A DNA stretch of 64,000 nucleotides from Massalongia carnosa (taxonomy: Eukaryota): contig OZ287087.1 in NCBI GenBank assembly GCA_965645245.1, positions 248,001-312,000 on the forward strand, given 5' to 3'. Positions 48,282 to 59,538 of the stretch are shown here, one piece after another. Every line of letters begins with the position of its first letter. The first letter of the stretch is position 1. The position numbers and the translations under genes were made by a program. The notes under the pieces were generated by a model. That model had not been told where the DNA came from and did not search any database. It saw only the letters and a program-made list of their open reading frames with translations.

Positions 48282-50003
48282 TTACATCCTAGCTGTTTTT
48301 CTTATAAGTTTCCTGATGTTCTCCGTGTTCTCTCGTAACTTTTCAGACCTATCTTCCTTCATGACAAGGTCCATTACTTGAAGGACTGGCATTTGTGTAC
48401 CCAAGCCACCGAGTTCATTCAGATCCGGTCTCTCCAAATAGTTCTCAATCTGACTAACCATATGTAGGCTGGTTTCAACAATTATACTTATCTGAAGTGT
48501 TCCATTGTTGGATGGTTTGAAACCCCCTAATTCCAGGAATGGCAGAATCTCCGGCAGCATTAATCCATCAGGGGCGGAGAGGTAGTCCTCTAGTATTCGA
48601 ACGCAACGGGCGAAGAGGACGCTATAGACTTTTATTAGGCGATTGTAGCATGTGATAACCAGGACCATGATCGGGATATCTAATCGGAGGAGGTTTGATG
48701 AGTCTGCCCCTTTTAGCGAGTTTGAAGATGGCTCTTTTTGTAACGACGAGTGTGGCGGTGTGAGTAAATAGCTGTTCGTACTCGACGATGGAATATTTCG
48801 TGTATCTTCGTTGAAGGAATGAGCAGAGCGGGTCGGATTTGTCGATGGCCCTAGACTATCAGAGATCATAAGAATTGAGGGGGACGAAAATGGTGAGTTA
48901 GGGGAATGGTCAATCAACTGAGCTTTTAAGGATGAATGAGGCTGGACGCCAGCATAAGGGTCAGGGACAGTGGTGAAAGGTCGGCCTGTAGAGACCGGCT
49001 TGATGGACCTCAATATCTGAATTAGTTCTTCTGAGATACAAAATATTTCTCCTACAGGATTTATCCTGTCATTGGAGACATCATATGCTGCAAAGCTACC
49101 TGTAAGCTTGGGTTGCTGGGAAGAGGATGATAATGCTTTGACCAAAGAGTCGGACGAAATGACCTTCAACTGCTTAGAAAGGCGTATGATTATTTTTGAG
49201 AGTAGCACCATACATTCTTCTTTTGCATTAGAAGGCGTATTGTCTCCATATTTTCGATCGATGTCGTTAGAACCCGCTTGATGAGCCGAGAGAAAACACG
49301 GAAGAGGGCCAGAGTTCCTAGTATGAACTTTCGGGTTTTCGTGGAGCGTAGAAGACTCGCTGGAAGATGAGTTCTTGAACTGTGCGTAATCGTCGGCTGA
49401 CAAGGATGCTGGCGGTGAGCTCGGGAAATTCAAGTCGTCAAAAAGTGTGGCACCAGTTGATAAAACAAAATCTTCACTAGCATCGTCGTGTGAAAGTCTA
49501 CCGCTGTTCGATAGGATAGTATCTGTGGGGTTAAGATTGTGAGGGGAGGCATCCCCAGAAAAGAATGTCGTCTCGGATATTGATGGCGGATCCTGTTGAC
49601 ATATCTGATGTACATCAATCACATCTTCTTCATCGAAATTAGCACGCTTCTCTCTTGTTTCCTTTGATGTAACTTTACTCCATAAATTCTCATCTGAAAT
49701 GGTTCTATCATGACACGGCTTTGAAGTTTCCGTCCAGTCCATCTCTATCTCAGTTTCACATCGCTGTCGTTTTCGACTTGAATCCCCCGCGTTCGGGCGG
49801 TTTTTCTGTCTTGACGTGACTGGCGGCCGCCCTAGCTGCTCCGGAGGGCTGTATACACAGGCAACACGGGCTCGCTCACAACGAATACAAGCTTCCCCAT
49901 TTCTATGAGATGAACTATTCCGTGTGCATCGTAGCTTTTGAATATGACAACGGTCACAGGCAAATCTTTTGTATGGCTCTTCTTGATTCTGTCTTTCACC
50001 CAT
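48282..50003 (-). CDS. Zn(II)2Cys6 cluster-specific transcription factor, ~573 aa
   Basis: ACDRCHIQKLRC-x12-CIRCERARVAC immediately after ATG 50003; single open frame; Ser-rich middle region. Confidence 0.9.
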   Translation of the reverse strand: MGERQNQEEPYKRFACDRCHIQKLRCTRNSSSHRNGEACIRCERARVACVYSPPEQLGRPPVTSRQKNRPNAGDSSRKRQRCETEIEMDWTETSKPCHDRTISDENLWSKVTSKETREKRANFDEEDVIDVHQICQQDPPSISETTFFSGDASPHNLNPTDTILSNSGRLSHDDASEDFVLSTGATLFDDLNFPSSPPASLSADDYAQFKNSSSSESSTLHENPKVHTRNSGPLPCFLSAHQAGSNDIDRKYGDNTPSNAKEECMVLLSKIIIRLSKQLKVISSDSLVKALSSSSQQPKLTGSFAAYDVSNDRINPVGEIFCISEELIQILRSIKPVSTGRPFTTVPDPYAGVQPHSSLKAQLIDHSPNSPFSSPSILMISDSLGPSTNPTRSAHSFNEDTRNIPSSSTNSYLLTPPHSSLQKEPSSNSLKGADSSNLLRLDIPIMVLVITCYNRLIKVYSVLFARCVRILEDYLSAPDGLMLPEILPFLELGGFKPSNNGTLQISIIVETSLHMVSQIENYLERPDLNELGGLGTQMPVLQVMDLVMKEDRSEKLRENTENIRKLIRKTARM

Positions 50004-50336
50004 GGTACGATCGATCACGAACCAGAGCTGATGATTTTTACAAGCAGGGCATCTCGACCAAAATACGCTGGGGATATATTGAGGGACGAGGCTGACGAGG
50101 CTGAGAACATAGTGTAGCTGGTCGAGTGTAACGGTATATTTGGCGTAATCCCAACCGATGATGTGCACGCGGCGAAGTCTGTGAAGACACAGGAATGGAG
50201 GTACGAAGATCAGCAGGAGTTGAGCTAGTCGCTCCGCTGGATTCGATTGACCAACATAAGCGGAATATACCATACAGGATAAGGTCCTATCATTGCTATT
50301 TGGCCCCTGTCTTGCACGGATAAACCTTTCGTTATA

Positions 50337-50501
50337 CGGCAAATTACTGAGATGACCCCCAAATAACCTGCCTGGGGGTTATTTGGGGGTCCATTACCGT
50401 AATATACACGTAATTTTGCTTCTAGCGCTGTCACGATGACCCTCAAGAACTGTAATTAATTGAAGAGGGTCATTTGGGGGTCATTTAGAATATTGCGGCC
50501 G
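50337..50501. repeat. MITE-like foldback element upstream of the TF gene
   Basis: ATGACCCCCAAAT (50352) / ATTTGGGGGTCAT (50472) inverted pair. Internal perfect 15-bp hairpin 50354-50391 and a 9-bp stem 50436-50473. Confidence 0.55.
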
Positions 50502-51501
50502 CACAGTTAAATGGCACGCACGAGGAAAAGTCCATTGAGCATCGGCTACCCGATAAAAGCCTTGCTACTCCAAGAAAGAAGACATGATTACAGCGATAAA
50601 AACGAGCGACTAGATATCTATCTGTAGCCCGATGATCGTGCGATATCGGGGGGTCAATCATAGGTGAAGTGACTGAACCTACCAATTACAGCTCTATAAC
50701 TTTCTACTTTAAGTGCTATAGGTCAATGAAAACCCATAGAATGCTTAAACAAGGCATTTGGACTACGTGGCACTCGGGCTATCTAGCATTAACTCGAGAC
50801 TTATTTGTGCATATCTTCGTCCATCATTTCTGCATACTTATGTCTCGTTCAATCTCACTATGGTCGAATCATCAACAATGTCGCTTTATGTCGGTCAAGA
50901 GTGGGACGATAAAGATGAGACAAGACAGGCGATCACTAATTGGCTTGCAAGCAAGGGCGAGTCATGGCGTGTTGAGAAGGCCGAGAAGAATAGATATCTA
51001 GCTAAGTGCGATCATTGTGACTTTCAAATCAGAGCCAGCTTGTCCAACAAAACTGGGAGATGTAATACTTAAATGTATAAGAGCTAAGACAAGAAATACA
51101 GAAATCAGATCAGGGAAACTCACTAAAATGATCTCTCATACCTGTGCCATATCGAACCACTCCGGCCATTCAGGTAGCAATGCTGTTCAGTATTTAGCCA
51201 CCAACAAGACAAATCAAGCGCTTGTGCAATCTGATCATCGGGTTTAATCGAGGCATTTAATGACCGTCGAGACTTCCAGTCGAGGAAACAACGCAAACTA
51301 TATTGCGATGTGGCGCACAAAAGAGTTTCTCAAGATTACAGTATTAGCGTATGCAAAATGATTTGCAATTTCGCTTATGAAAACACATACCACCAACATG
51401 ACCCCACCATTCAAACTCCAAAATCTTAATTTTCCTAGATATTCCCTACACCAAAATCCTAACATATTTTTATAATTTGGTAGACATCTATAGAAATTAT
51501 T

Positions 51502-53381
51502 ATGCCTCCAAATAGACGGAGTAAAAAGGGACCAGTTAACCAAGTTTTGCCGCCGGCGCCGACTCGGGGGGGTCGTCGCCGCCAAGTTCCTGCTCGCCTA
51601 CGAAGCTCGCCCACCCCTCTTGGTCCTAACCCTCAAACCCCGCTCCAGGGTGCACGCCGTCCCCATGAGAGCCCTCCTCCTAATCCTCCTAACCCTCCTT
51701 CTCCTCCTGTCGGCGCCCGTCTTCCAGCCCCTCCATTGTTTCCTCCCTTAGATGCTCGACCTCGACCCCCCCCGGTTCCACGCCGCCCGAGTGCGCGTGA
51801 CGACCATACACCGGTATTCACCATGAAAACGCCCAAGATTCCCGGCAATACTCGCGAGGGGAAGGCGGAGCGTGTGTTATGGCGTGCACATTTGGAGAGA
51901 AGCAAGGAGGCCGCCGCGCGAGCAAGAGCGAGACGAGATAGGGAGGATGAATAATGGGAAGCGGAGGTCAATCAATTCGGGGAACCGGAAGCCCGACGAC
52001 GACGACTGGAAGAAATAGAGGTTAATAAAGAATTAGACAAATTGACTACATCGGACATTGAGGAAGATGAGGCCGAAGATCTAGTATCAGATCCTATGTT
52101 GACCGTTCATGCCAGACTTCGTGTCAATGGTAGAGTTATATGGACCTCATCGCTAGGTTCTAAAAAACGAAGCGTTTTCAGTATATGGGATTTCGAACAG
52201 ACATTGGAGACTGAAATTGAGAAAAGGAACGGGCATACTAAAGGATGGACGACGACCTCCATCGTCGTCATTATTAAGGCCATTCATAGTCTGGCCAGGA
52301 ATGTCCATCAAACCATTGATAATTATACTGAGACTGAATGGGAAATGGTTCTAATTGTCATTGATGATGAATCCCGTAAATGGAAGCCAGATATCACTAT
52401 TAAGATCGGAATTTCGATGGAAGAACCGAAGCAATCAAATCCCCCCGACATATTATTAGATGCAACTGAATCATCTACTATTATTACTACACCTACCGGC
52501 CGAAGGACTAGAACTCATCAATTATTAGAACGTCAACGAGATCAAGGTGAGATCCTTATAATGCAGGTGATTTTGATAGACAATTGGTGAATCGATGGGT
52601 TTGTCACGATGCTCGATGTACGAATCAAAATAACTTCTGTTTCGTTGATGAAGATGGGCTTCATTATGATCTTTCTCATACATTGCAAAGAGATTGGGCT
52701 AAGGCTCTCGCTCGCGGCGACATCAGTGCTTCCCTAGATAATCCACCACCAACATTATATAGGTTCATACTACGACAGGGGCCGGTGGGTCTCAACTCTA
52801 GGAAGACGAGAATACAGGAAGGACGGGAGGATTCCAGAAAAGATCGCGATGAGACGAAAAGCTTCATGGGTGAAATGATGCAATGCACAAAGCAATCGAT
52901 GGAAATGCGTATGCAGGAATCGATGATGGACCAAATGGAAAGAATGGGTTAAAGAATGAGTAATGTTCGTCGCCCCCCTCCCCCTCCTGTTTATTCTCAA
53001 CCATCATCTTCTTCGGTCCCCGAACCCATCATCCCCCCACCCCCTGGGGTACCAAGGCCTCGCTCGAAACCGTTGACTAGGTCAAGCCCCATATGCAACC
53101 CCGAGGATGAGGAGTTTGCTATGGAGGATTTCCTCAATTGGAAAGGGGAGGCATTGCAGAGTCAAAGAGCCAAGGATAGATGGAATGGGGTTAAGAAGAT
53201 TGTTCAAAACGAGATGTGGTCTTTGGAGGATTTGAGAGATATGTCAGAAACGAGCTCACATATATATAAACGGGCTATTCAACTGGGCATACCTGATGGA
53301 TGGGCACGAGCATTCAGAACTGATCTCCGTACATTCAAACCGCAATGGCGACATGGAGTTGATGAGGGGGATGTGCCATAG
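51502..53381 (+). pseudogene. Second (cargo) gene of the long-TIR element, ~620 aa when repaired, unknown function
   Basis: Consecutive ORFs 51502-51954, 52042-52590, 52584-52952 and 52956-53381, separated by single stops and one frameshift. Pro/Arg-rich N-terminus, C-x4-C-x-N-x4-C-x8-H motif, helical C-terminus. Confidence 0.65.
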
Positions 53382-53457
53382 GAAGAGGTGGGAATAATTG
53401 GCTATATAGGTAGGGTTGGAAGGGTTGGAAGGATTATGCGTTTATGGATATTCGGGG

Positions 53458-54072
53458 TTAATCGATATCTTTTTTCATGCTCGTACATGGCAGATAGCCA
53501 TCAACAGTATATGCAGGAAGAACGGTCCAATTATGACCCCTCCTAATGTCCCCCTGGTATCGAGCCGGTTGGCCAATTGGTTCGTATGCCCTCATCCTCC
53601 AACCGGTTATCTCATTGAATGCTGTTTCATCAGCGAAAACCAACTGCTCTGCAGTCACATTAAGCATGCTAGCATGCCAATTTTCCCTCAATTCTTCGTT
53701 CCTACGCCCATGTCTTTGACTTTTCTTTTGACTCCATCGCCGTTTCTTTATTTCCCTAGAAACGGTTGATTGATGCACGAATATACCCCACTCCTCCCAA
53801 AGAAACCAGACCATCTCCTTTTGTTGGGCCCATGGCTGACGATTTAGATATTCGATCAAGGAGTCGCCGGCGGCTTTAGTAATTTTGCATGCGCGACCTA
53901 GATGACGTCTTCAAGGAGCGGATATGCTACCATACATGAATAAATTCTCTTGGAAATTATAGATAGTTCGGACACTGCAATGAACCTCTTTGGCTATGGC
54001 ATCCGGTCGCCAATGAAGGAATAAATATCGAATGATTCGCGATCGCATGGATGGAGGAAGGGATTCGACCAT
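53458..54072 (-). pseudogene. IS630/Tc1-type transposase, 3'-truncated
   Basis: ATG 54072 (MVESLPPS..., HTH AIAKEVHCSVRTIY), then WFLWEEWGIFVHQSTVSR, LVFADETAF and VLPAYTVDG. Second D and E absent. Confidence 0.8.
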
Positions 54073-54243
54073 ATTGACGATTAATATATATATGTGTCTA
54101 CCAAATTATAAAAATATGTTAGGATTTTGGTGTAGGGAATATCTAGGAAAATTAAGATTTTGGAGTTTGAATTGTGGGGTCATGTTGGTGGTATGTGTTT
54201 TCATAAGCGAAATTGCAAATCATTTTGCATACGCTAATACTAG

Positions 54244-55562
54244 GCCAAAAGTCTGCGGCCCCGCACCCCACCAACATTTCAATCATTTTATTCAATCAAC
54301 AATCAACCACGTCACGATTGCTGAAATGTCTTGAAACTTTACATAATGATTACATACATACTAAACAAGAATTCCCCTAAGAATTAATTTTTAATATTTA
54401 GTATACCATCCTTCCGACGCTATACACGCTTTTATCCTCCTATTCATGCTCTCTATTAACCTCCTCATCATTTTCACATCTATCAACGTCCAGGCTTCTT
54501 CTAACGCTTTCCAAAGTACCTCACGAACAGTTTCATCACTGCCGATCACCAAATCTATGTTCGGGTTGACTTGATAGACGAGCTTTTTGAGCACATACCA
54601 AACGTGCTCGATGGGATTTAAATCAGGTGAATAGGGGGGCCAATCGATGACCTCTATGCCGTTCTCATTGAACCATTCCATCACCTTTTTAGCCTTATGT
54701 TATCCTGCATGAAAATGAGGCCCGGTTGCCAAATTCCAAGCAGATTATCGTTCAATAATTCCATATATGAGTTCGCCGAGTACCCCATCTTCTTCGCAGC
54801 AAAATCACGAGCCAATTTGTAAAGATCTGACCTGTCATCTCCCAAAAAAGCTGCCCAGACCATGACACTGACTCCTTTGCCTTTGGGGACAGGTTGTATC
54901 ATCTCTTTATTCCATTTTTCTTTCGGCAATCTGAACACCCACTGACGCTGTTTTCCTGACCCCTTTTCCACCGAGCACTCATCTGACCATATAACTCTTG
55001 ACCACTGCTCAAAAGTCCACTCACGCCGCAGCAAGCACCAATCCAATCGTTTCTTGGCCACCTCAGGCGTCAATAAAGGTCGTTTTTTAGCCACCCAGTT
55101 GGTTAAACCATACAGTTTGAGTGCCCGATAAATAGTCGTACGACTGCAGCCGAGCCCCACTTCTAGTTTGATTTGTGCATAAGTGATTCGTGGATTGATT
55201 CGTGCATGCTTGATGATATAACATCGATCGCGTTCTGACAGCACTTCAAGCCGTCCAGAACGTGATTTAGACACGCCGTCGTTGCGAATTGAGTGCTTCT
55301 GAATGGTGCTCTGCACGGTCGATTTAGTGAAATTAAGAGTCTTCCCAATCTCGGTCGGTGTGTGCCCCAACGCCTGGGCCCCAACAATCATACCACGTTG
55401 ATATGGCGTCAATTCAGTGTTACGAGGCCGATTACCACTTATGGGGGTCAAAGAAGTACGAAGCATGGTGAAATGATGAGGTGGAAGATGGGGGGTTGAT
55501 GAGTTGAAAACGCGAAATCACGAAAATTACGGGTTGGGCCGCAGACTTTTGGCACGGGACTG
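54244..55562 (-). mobile_element. Tc1 transposon with one damaged TIR and a frameshifted transposase
   Basis: Intact end ...GGGCCGCAGACTTTTGGCACGGGACTG|TA (55562); the other end lacks its first 9 bp. ORFs 54681-55466 and 54391-54684 carry WSDECS, FMQDN and WPPYSPDLNPIE. Confidence 0.9.
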
Positions 55563-56919
55563 TAAGCGGTTTGGCAATATTAAGCAAAGCTTTCAATATA
55601 TACCTGCATTCTTGTCCACATGCGAAGAACAAAACAATACACGAACAGCATGGACAAATCTGGAGCTAGATGAGAACGGGTGTTTCAAACGATATTGGGT
55701 ACTGCCAAAGGCGACTGAGCGTGCTTTTCGTCATTGTCGTTCGGTGCTTCAGTGTGAAGGTACCGCTTGCAAGACATCGGACGGGCTTGTGATCTTGTCT
55801 CTTGTTACTCAAGACGGTAACAACCAGGTATTGGAACTGGCGTGGGCATTGGTCCCAATCGAGAACAAAGATAACTGGATCTATTTTTTACGGGTAATGG
55901 CATTATATATTCGATTTCGCTCGGGACGACAAGTGGTGATTATTAGTGATCGCAACAAAGGTATCAAATTCGATTTCGCTCGGGACGACAAGTGGTGATT
56001 ATTAGTGATCGCAACAAAGGTATCAAACATGCAGTATCTGATCATTTCCCTGTCGCTTTAAGTGCTCATTGTTGCAAACATCTCGGAGACAATGTCGATT
56101 AAAAATGGAAGAAGACAATATCGGAATCTTTTCGGGGATGCGGCCAAAGCTAAAACACAGGCAAAATTCAACACTATACTCAACAGAATTAGAGCGATGA
56201 GACCTAATTGCGCGGGTTATATTGAAGACATACCTCCAGAGCAGTGGGCTGTATATGCTTTTCCTCGTCCTCGATATGGTCAATTATGTTCTAATGCTCA
56301 AGAGTCGCAAAATAATATTTGGCTGGAGGCATGTCACATGCCCGCATTGCTTTGTCTCCATCAGATTTGGAACCAATGCATGGACAAACTTTATGAACGG
56401 CACAAGCTTGGACACAAGACAGACAGAGTCACTGATTATGCCTGGAGATGGATTCAAAATGGACGGAAACAATCGGCCGAGTATACTGTTCAAAATTCTC
56501 GTCCTTTCTGCGGTATCGTCACTACTGGTACTGGAAGTCATCACATCGTGGATCTGGAAGCCAAGACGTGCACTTGTCATGATTTTCAGGATTATGAGAT
56601 GCCATGTGATCATGCCGTTGCGTTGTGTATAAAGCAAGAAAGAGAACCTGAGGATTTTGTCAGTCCCATCTTTACAATCGCTGAGTACAAGGCAACATAC
56701 CAGTCATTTTTACAACCTATTGATCTCAATGTTCTCGCAGCGGCCGATGTGAAACCACCAGAATTTGTAGTCCAGGCTGGTCGCCCAAAAATCAGACGTG
56801 AGAGAAGAAAACGATTTGATTTATCAAAGCAGAGGATGAGATGCTCAATTTTCAAGCATAACAGGCGTACATGTGATCACTCGGGACCTTCCGCGAGTAA
56901 CGTTTCTGCTACTCGTATT

Positions 56920-57072
56920 CACCCCCATTTGCAACACACCCCCATTTGCAACACACCCCCATTTGCAACACACCCCCATTTGCAACACACCCCCATTTGC
57001 AACACACCCCCATTTGCAACACACCCCCATTTGCAACACACCCCCATTTGCAACACACCCCCATTTGCAACA
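56920..57072. repeat. Subterminal minisatellite 9 x 17 bp (CACCCCCATTTGCAACA) of MULE copy 1
   Basis: Nine perfect units read directly. Confidence 0.95.
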
Positions 57073-57077
57073 CGCTA

Positions 57078-59536
57078 GTTAGTAAGTACCCCACCAAAAT
57101 CCGAAAAACCTTTATCTTTCAGCTTCACATGCCACCAAAATTGCTAGTAATTGCAAGCCAACTGATGAAGTCGGTTCGGAATAATCTGAAAATTTATTGA
57201 CCTTAAATATAACCCAATGGCTGCATCAAAAGAACTGGAATTGAGCTTTGTATGTACGTTTAAACCTCATCTTTTCACTCCCCCTCCTTTTCCTCCCCAC
57301 TTTCCAGCTGTCTGACAGCAGCAGACTGTCCTAATAACTTTCCCTTGACCAATCGATGTCCTCTAATCAACGAGGTCTTCCAGTTTGAGCTTCGAAAAAG
57401 CGATACTGTTGATCTAGAAGGCGTTGCTTGTGTTGGATCGGAGGAAGTTTTTTTAGGATGGGTCCTGAAGTCCCATCAACATCATTTGACAGATAAACTC
57501 AGGGCAAATGAACATGTGAAAGGACTATTTATACGTACAGAGACTTTTTATTGGCTAGGAGGAGGAGGATCATGCGTACGAGGCGAGTTTCTAGTTCTTT
57601 AATCAAGCCTTTGCGACGGCTTTATTGTCCTACCACTTCGACTGATGTGCATTTCTTTCATTCTATTCGCCTCCGGCTCAATCATGACATTCTTTTTTGG
57701 CAATAAATTTCCTCTCGATCGCTTCTTGATAGGACTGGGCGAGAGAAGTATGATTGAATCCGAAGGCGGAGGAAGCATCGGAGGCCTTTGAAGAGCTTTC
57801 TTGATGGGACTGCGTTGTTTTGACTCCATGAATAAATCGGGACTGAGTCTGTTGAAAGATTTCCCCAAAAGATTGAACTCTTTAGTTATTTGTTTATCAA
57901 TCTTTTCCTTTTCTTTGCTAGCTAGTTTTTGCTCTCGTTCCTCGGGAACCTCCGAATTCATGATTCTAGCAGTACAATAATGTTCCTTCGATCGATTTGC
58001 TCTCTCGTGTTTACGACGAGCAGCTACAAGAAGTTCTTCGTTTGTAATCCTAAGAAGATGACTGCTTGCCAACGCGGATTTGCAGGCCTTTCCAAGCTTG
58101 TCGAGAATCAATTGATTTGAGTCATTGTCAGTCAATTGCTCCATCAAATTATTGACTTGATCAGCATTTGCTGGAGTAAATGCCACTGAAATAGAGACAT
58201 CATTTGAACTCGCGACTGTCATTTTCGGAGGCGTAGAAGGATGAGGTGGACTAGGAAGTTTGTGAAGAACTATAGCAGGATTGAATGGAAACAACCCACT
58301 TTTGGACTAGGCATGCTGAATATTTTGAGTGGATAAAGCTCTGTTTCGAGCCTTTTGATAAAGAAGCAGAAAATCTGATTTATCAATTGAATAACCAACT
58401 CCTAGTCTAGTATACTTCTCCAGTTCCACCTGATAGGTCGTAGACAATGGATGAAAAACACCAACGTCTAAAGGCTGAAGCATGTCCGTTGAATAAGAAG
58501 GAAGACATAAAAGAATGATTTCTTTTTCCTTACAAAACTGAATCGCTTCTGAAGTAAGATGAGAAGCATGTCCATCGAGAATAAGAAGACGATAGCGACC
58601 TTTTAAACGGCTTCGTGTTTCCGGTTCAAAACACTGCTTTAAGCCAGACCTATTTCATTGTTGGTCAATCCATTCTCACTGAGAGCAATGTGACCACCTT
58701 CTTTGATAAATGAACGCCAGGCCTTTTGCTGTTGTTTACCTTTGAAAATAACCCATGGTTTAAGAACCGCTCCATTAGCAGATATACATTCGATCAGAGA
58801 AACCCATTCTCTATTACCGCATTGAGTCAATAATGCTGGTCGATCATGCTTAGAGCAAATTACTCTGAGCTTGCCCACTAGTCCCATAGCAAATCCTTTT
58901 TCATCCATATTGTAGCAGTCCTCCTCATTGAATTTATATTGATAAAATTCTTTGCGTACAGCTGAAACCATTGATTGAGCAGTTCCGCATTATGCATTAG
59001 AGCTCTTTCCTTGTCCAATGCCTGACAAAATACAGTATCCAACTCTTTATGACGGGATAAAAATTTGCTCACCCAATTGATACCCAAATCATTGCGATCG
59101 TCTCGCTTTATCAGTATTTCTAACGCCATAAAGCGAAGTTGTGTTACACGAGGAGGCCAGCCCAATGCCTCTATTTGTATTGTCCAGTTCACGAGAGCGG
59201 ATTCCTCCTCCGGAAGTAATCGCTGCTGTGATAGAGCAGCTTCTTTATGAGTTTTCGTTTCTGCAAGTCGTCTAGTAAGGGTGGAATGAATGATACCATG
59301 CTGACGGGCGATTTTTCGAACGGATGGCTTGTCTTCGAAAGCTTTAGGACCGGCTTCCCAGTCATTAAATGACTCTCTATAAGCAGTAATAGCAAGCTGA
59401 ATGCGCTCCTCTTTGGGCAGTTCGTCTGCTAAGTTCATAATGAATTAATTGAGTTGAAAATGCAGATAGAAGAGGGAGAAATGTAAAAAATTTGATACAC
59501 CGGAGTTAGCGGATTTTAATGCGGGTGCTTACTAAC
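57078..59536 (-). mobile_element. pogo/Fot1-family transposon (defective) between the two MULE copies
   Basis: Imperfect TIRs GTTAGTAAGYACCC...AAAATCCG with TA on both sides. Transposase pieces 58878-59438, 58639-58971 (YNMDEKGF), LILDGHASH/LQPLDVG near 58.5 kb, and 57599-58294. Confidence 0.88.
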
Positions 59537-59538
59537 TA

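Larger units (their letters stand above)
51339..54241. mobile_element. Long-TIR Tc1/IS630-like element with truncated transposase (-) and a second gene (+)
   Basis: ~150-bp TIRs (CAGTATTAGCGTATGCAAAATG..., 51339-~51487 and ~54095-54241); TA at 51337-8. Confidence 0.9.
50860..57077 (+). mobile_element. Mutator-like (MULE) transposase pseudogene, copy 1, interrupted by two Tc1 elements
   Basis: MuDR N-terminal domain (LYVGQEW...C..C...HTC), MULE core (LQC(E)GT, QDGNNQ, LAWALVPIE, IISDRNKG) and SWIM finger CTCHDFQDYEMPCDH. Frameshifting 59-bp duplication 55910-56027. Left terminus not identified. Confidence 0.88.

Noticed and set aside
50004..50342. 113-aa N-terminal extension of the TF
   Set aside because: It starts at a non-ATG codon, and Zn2Cys6 domains are normally N-terminal, so ATG 50003 is preferred. 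The extensions of the PKS (36563-36697) and ER (45502-45789) ORFs were rejected on the same non-ATG grounds.
56845..57200. Short Cys/His/Pro-rich ORFs (HPHLQHTPICNTPPFAT; LQMGVCCKWGCVANGG) as metallothionein or RiPP precursors
   Set aside because: They are translations of a 17-bp minisatellite in all frames; no signal peptide or Kex2 sites. The same applies at 59540-59756.
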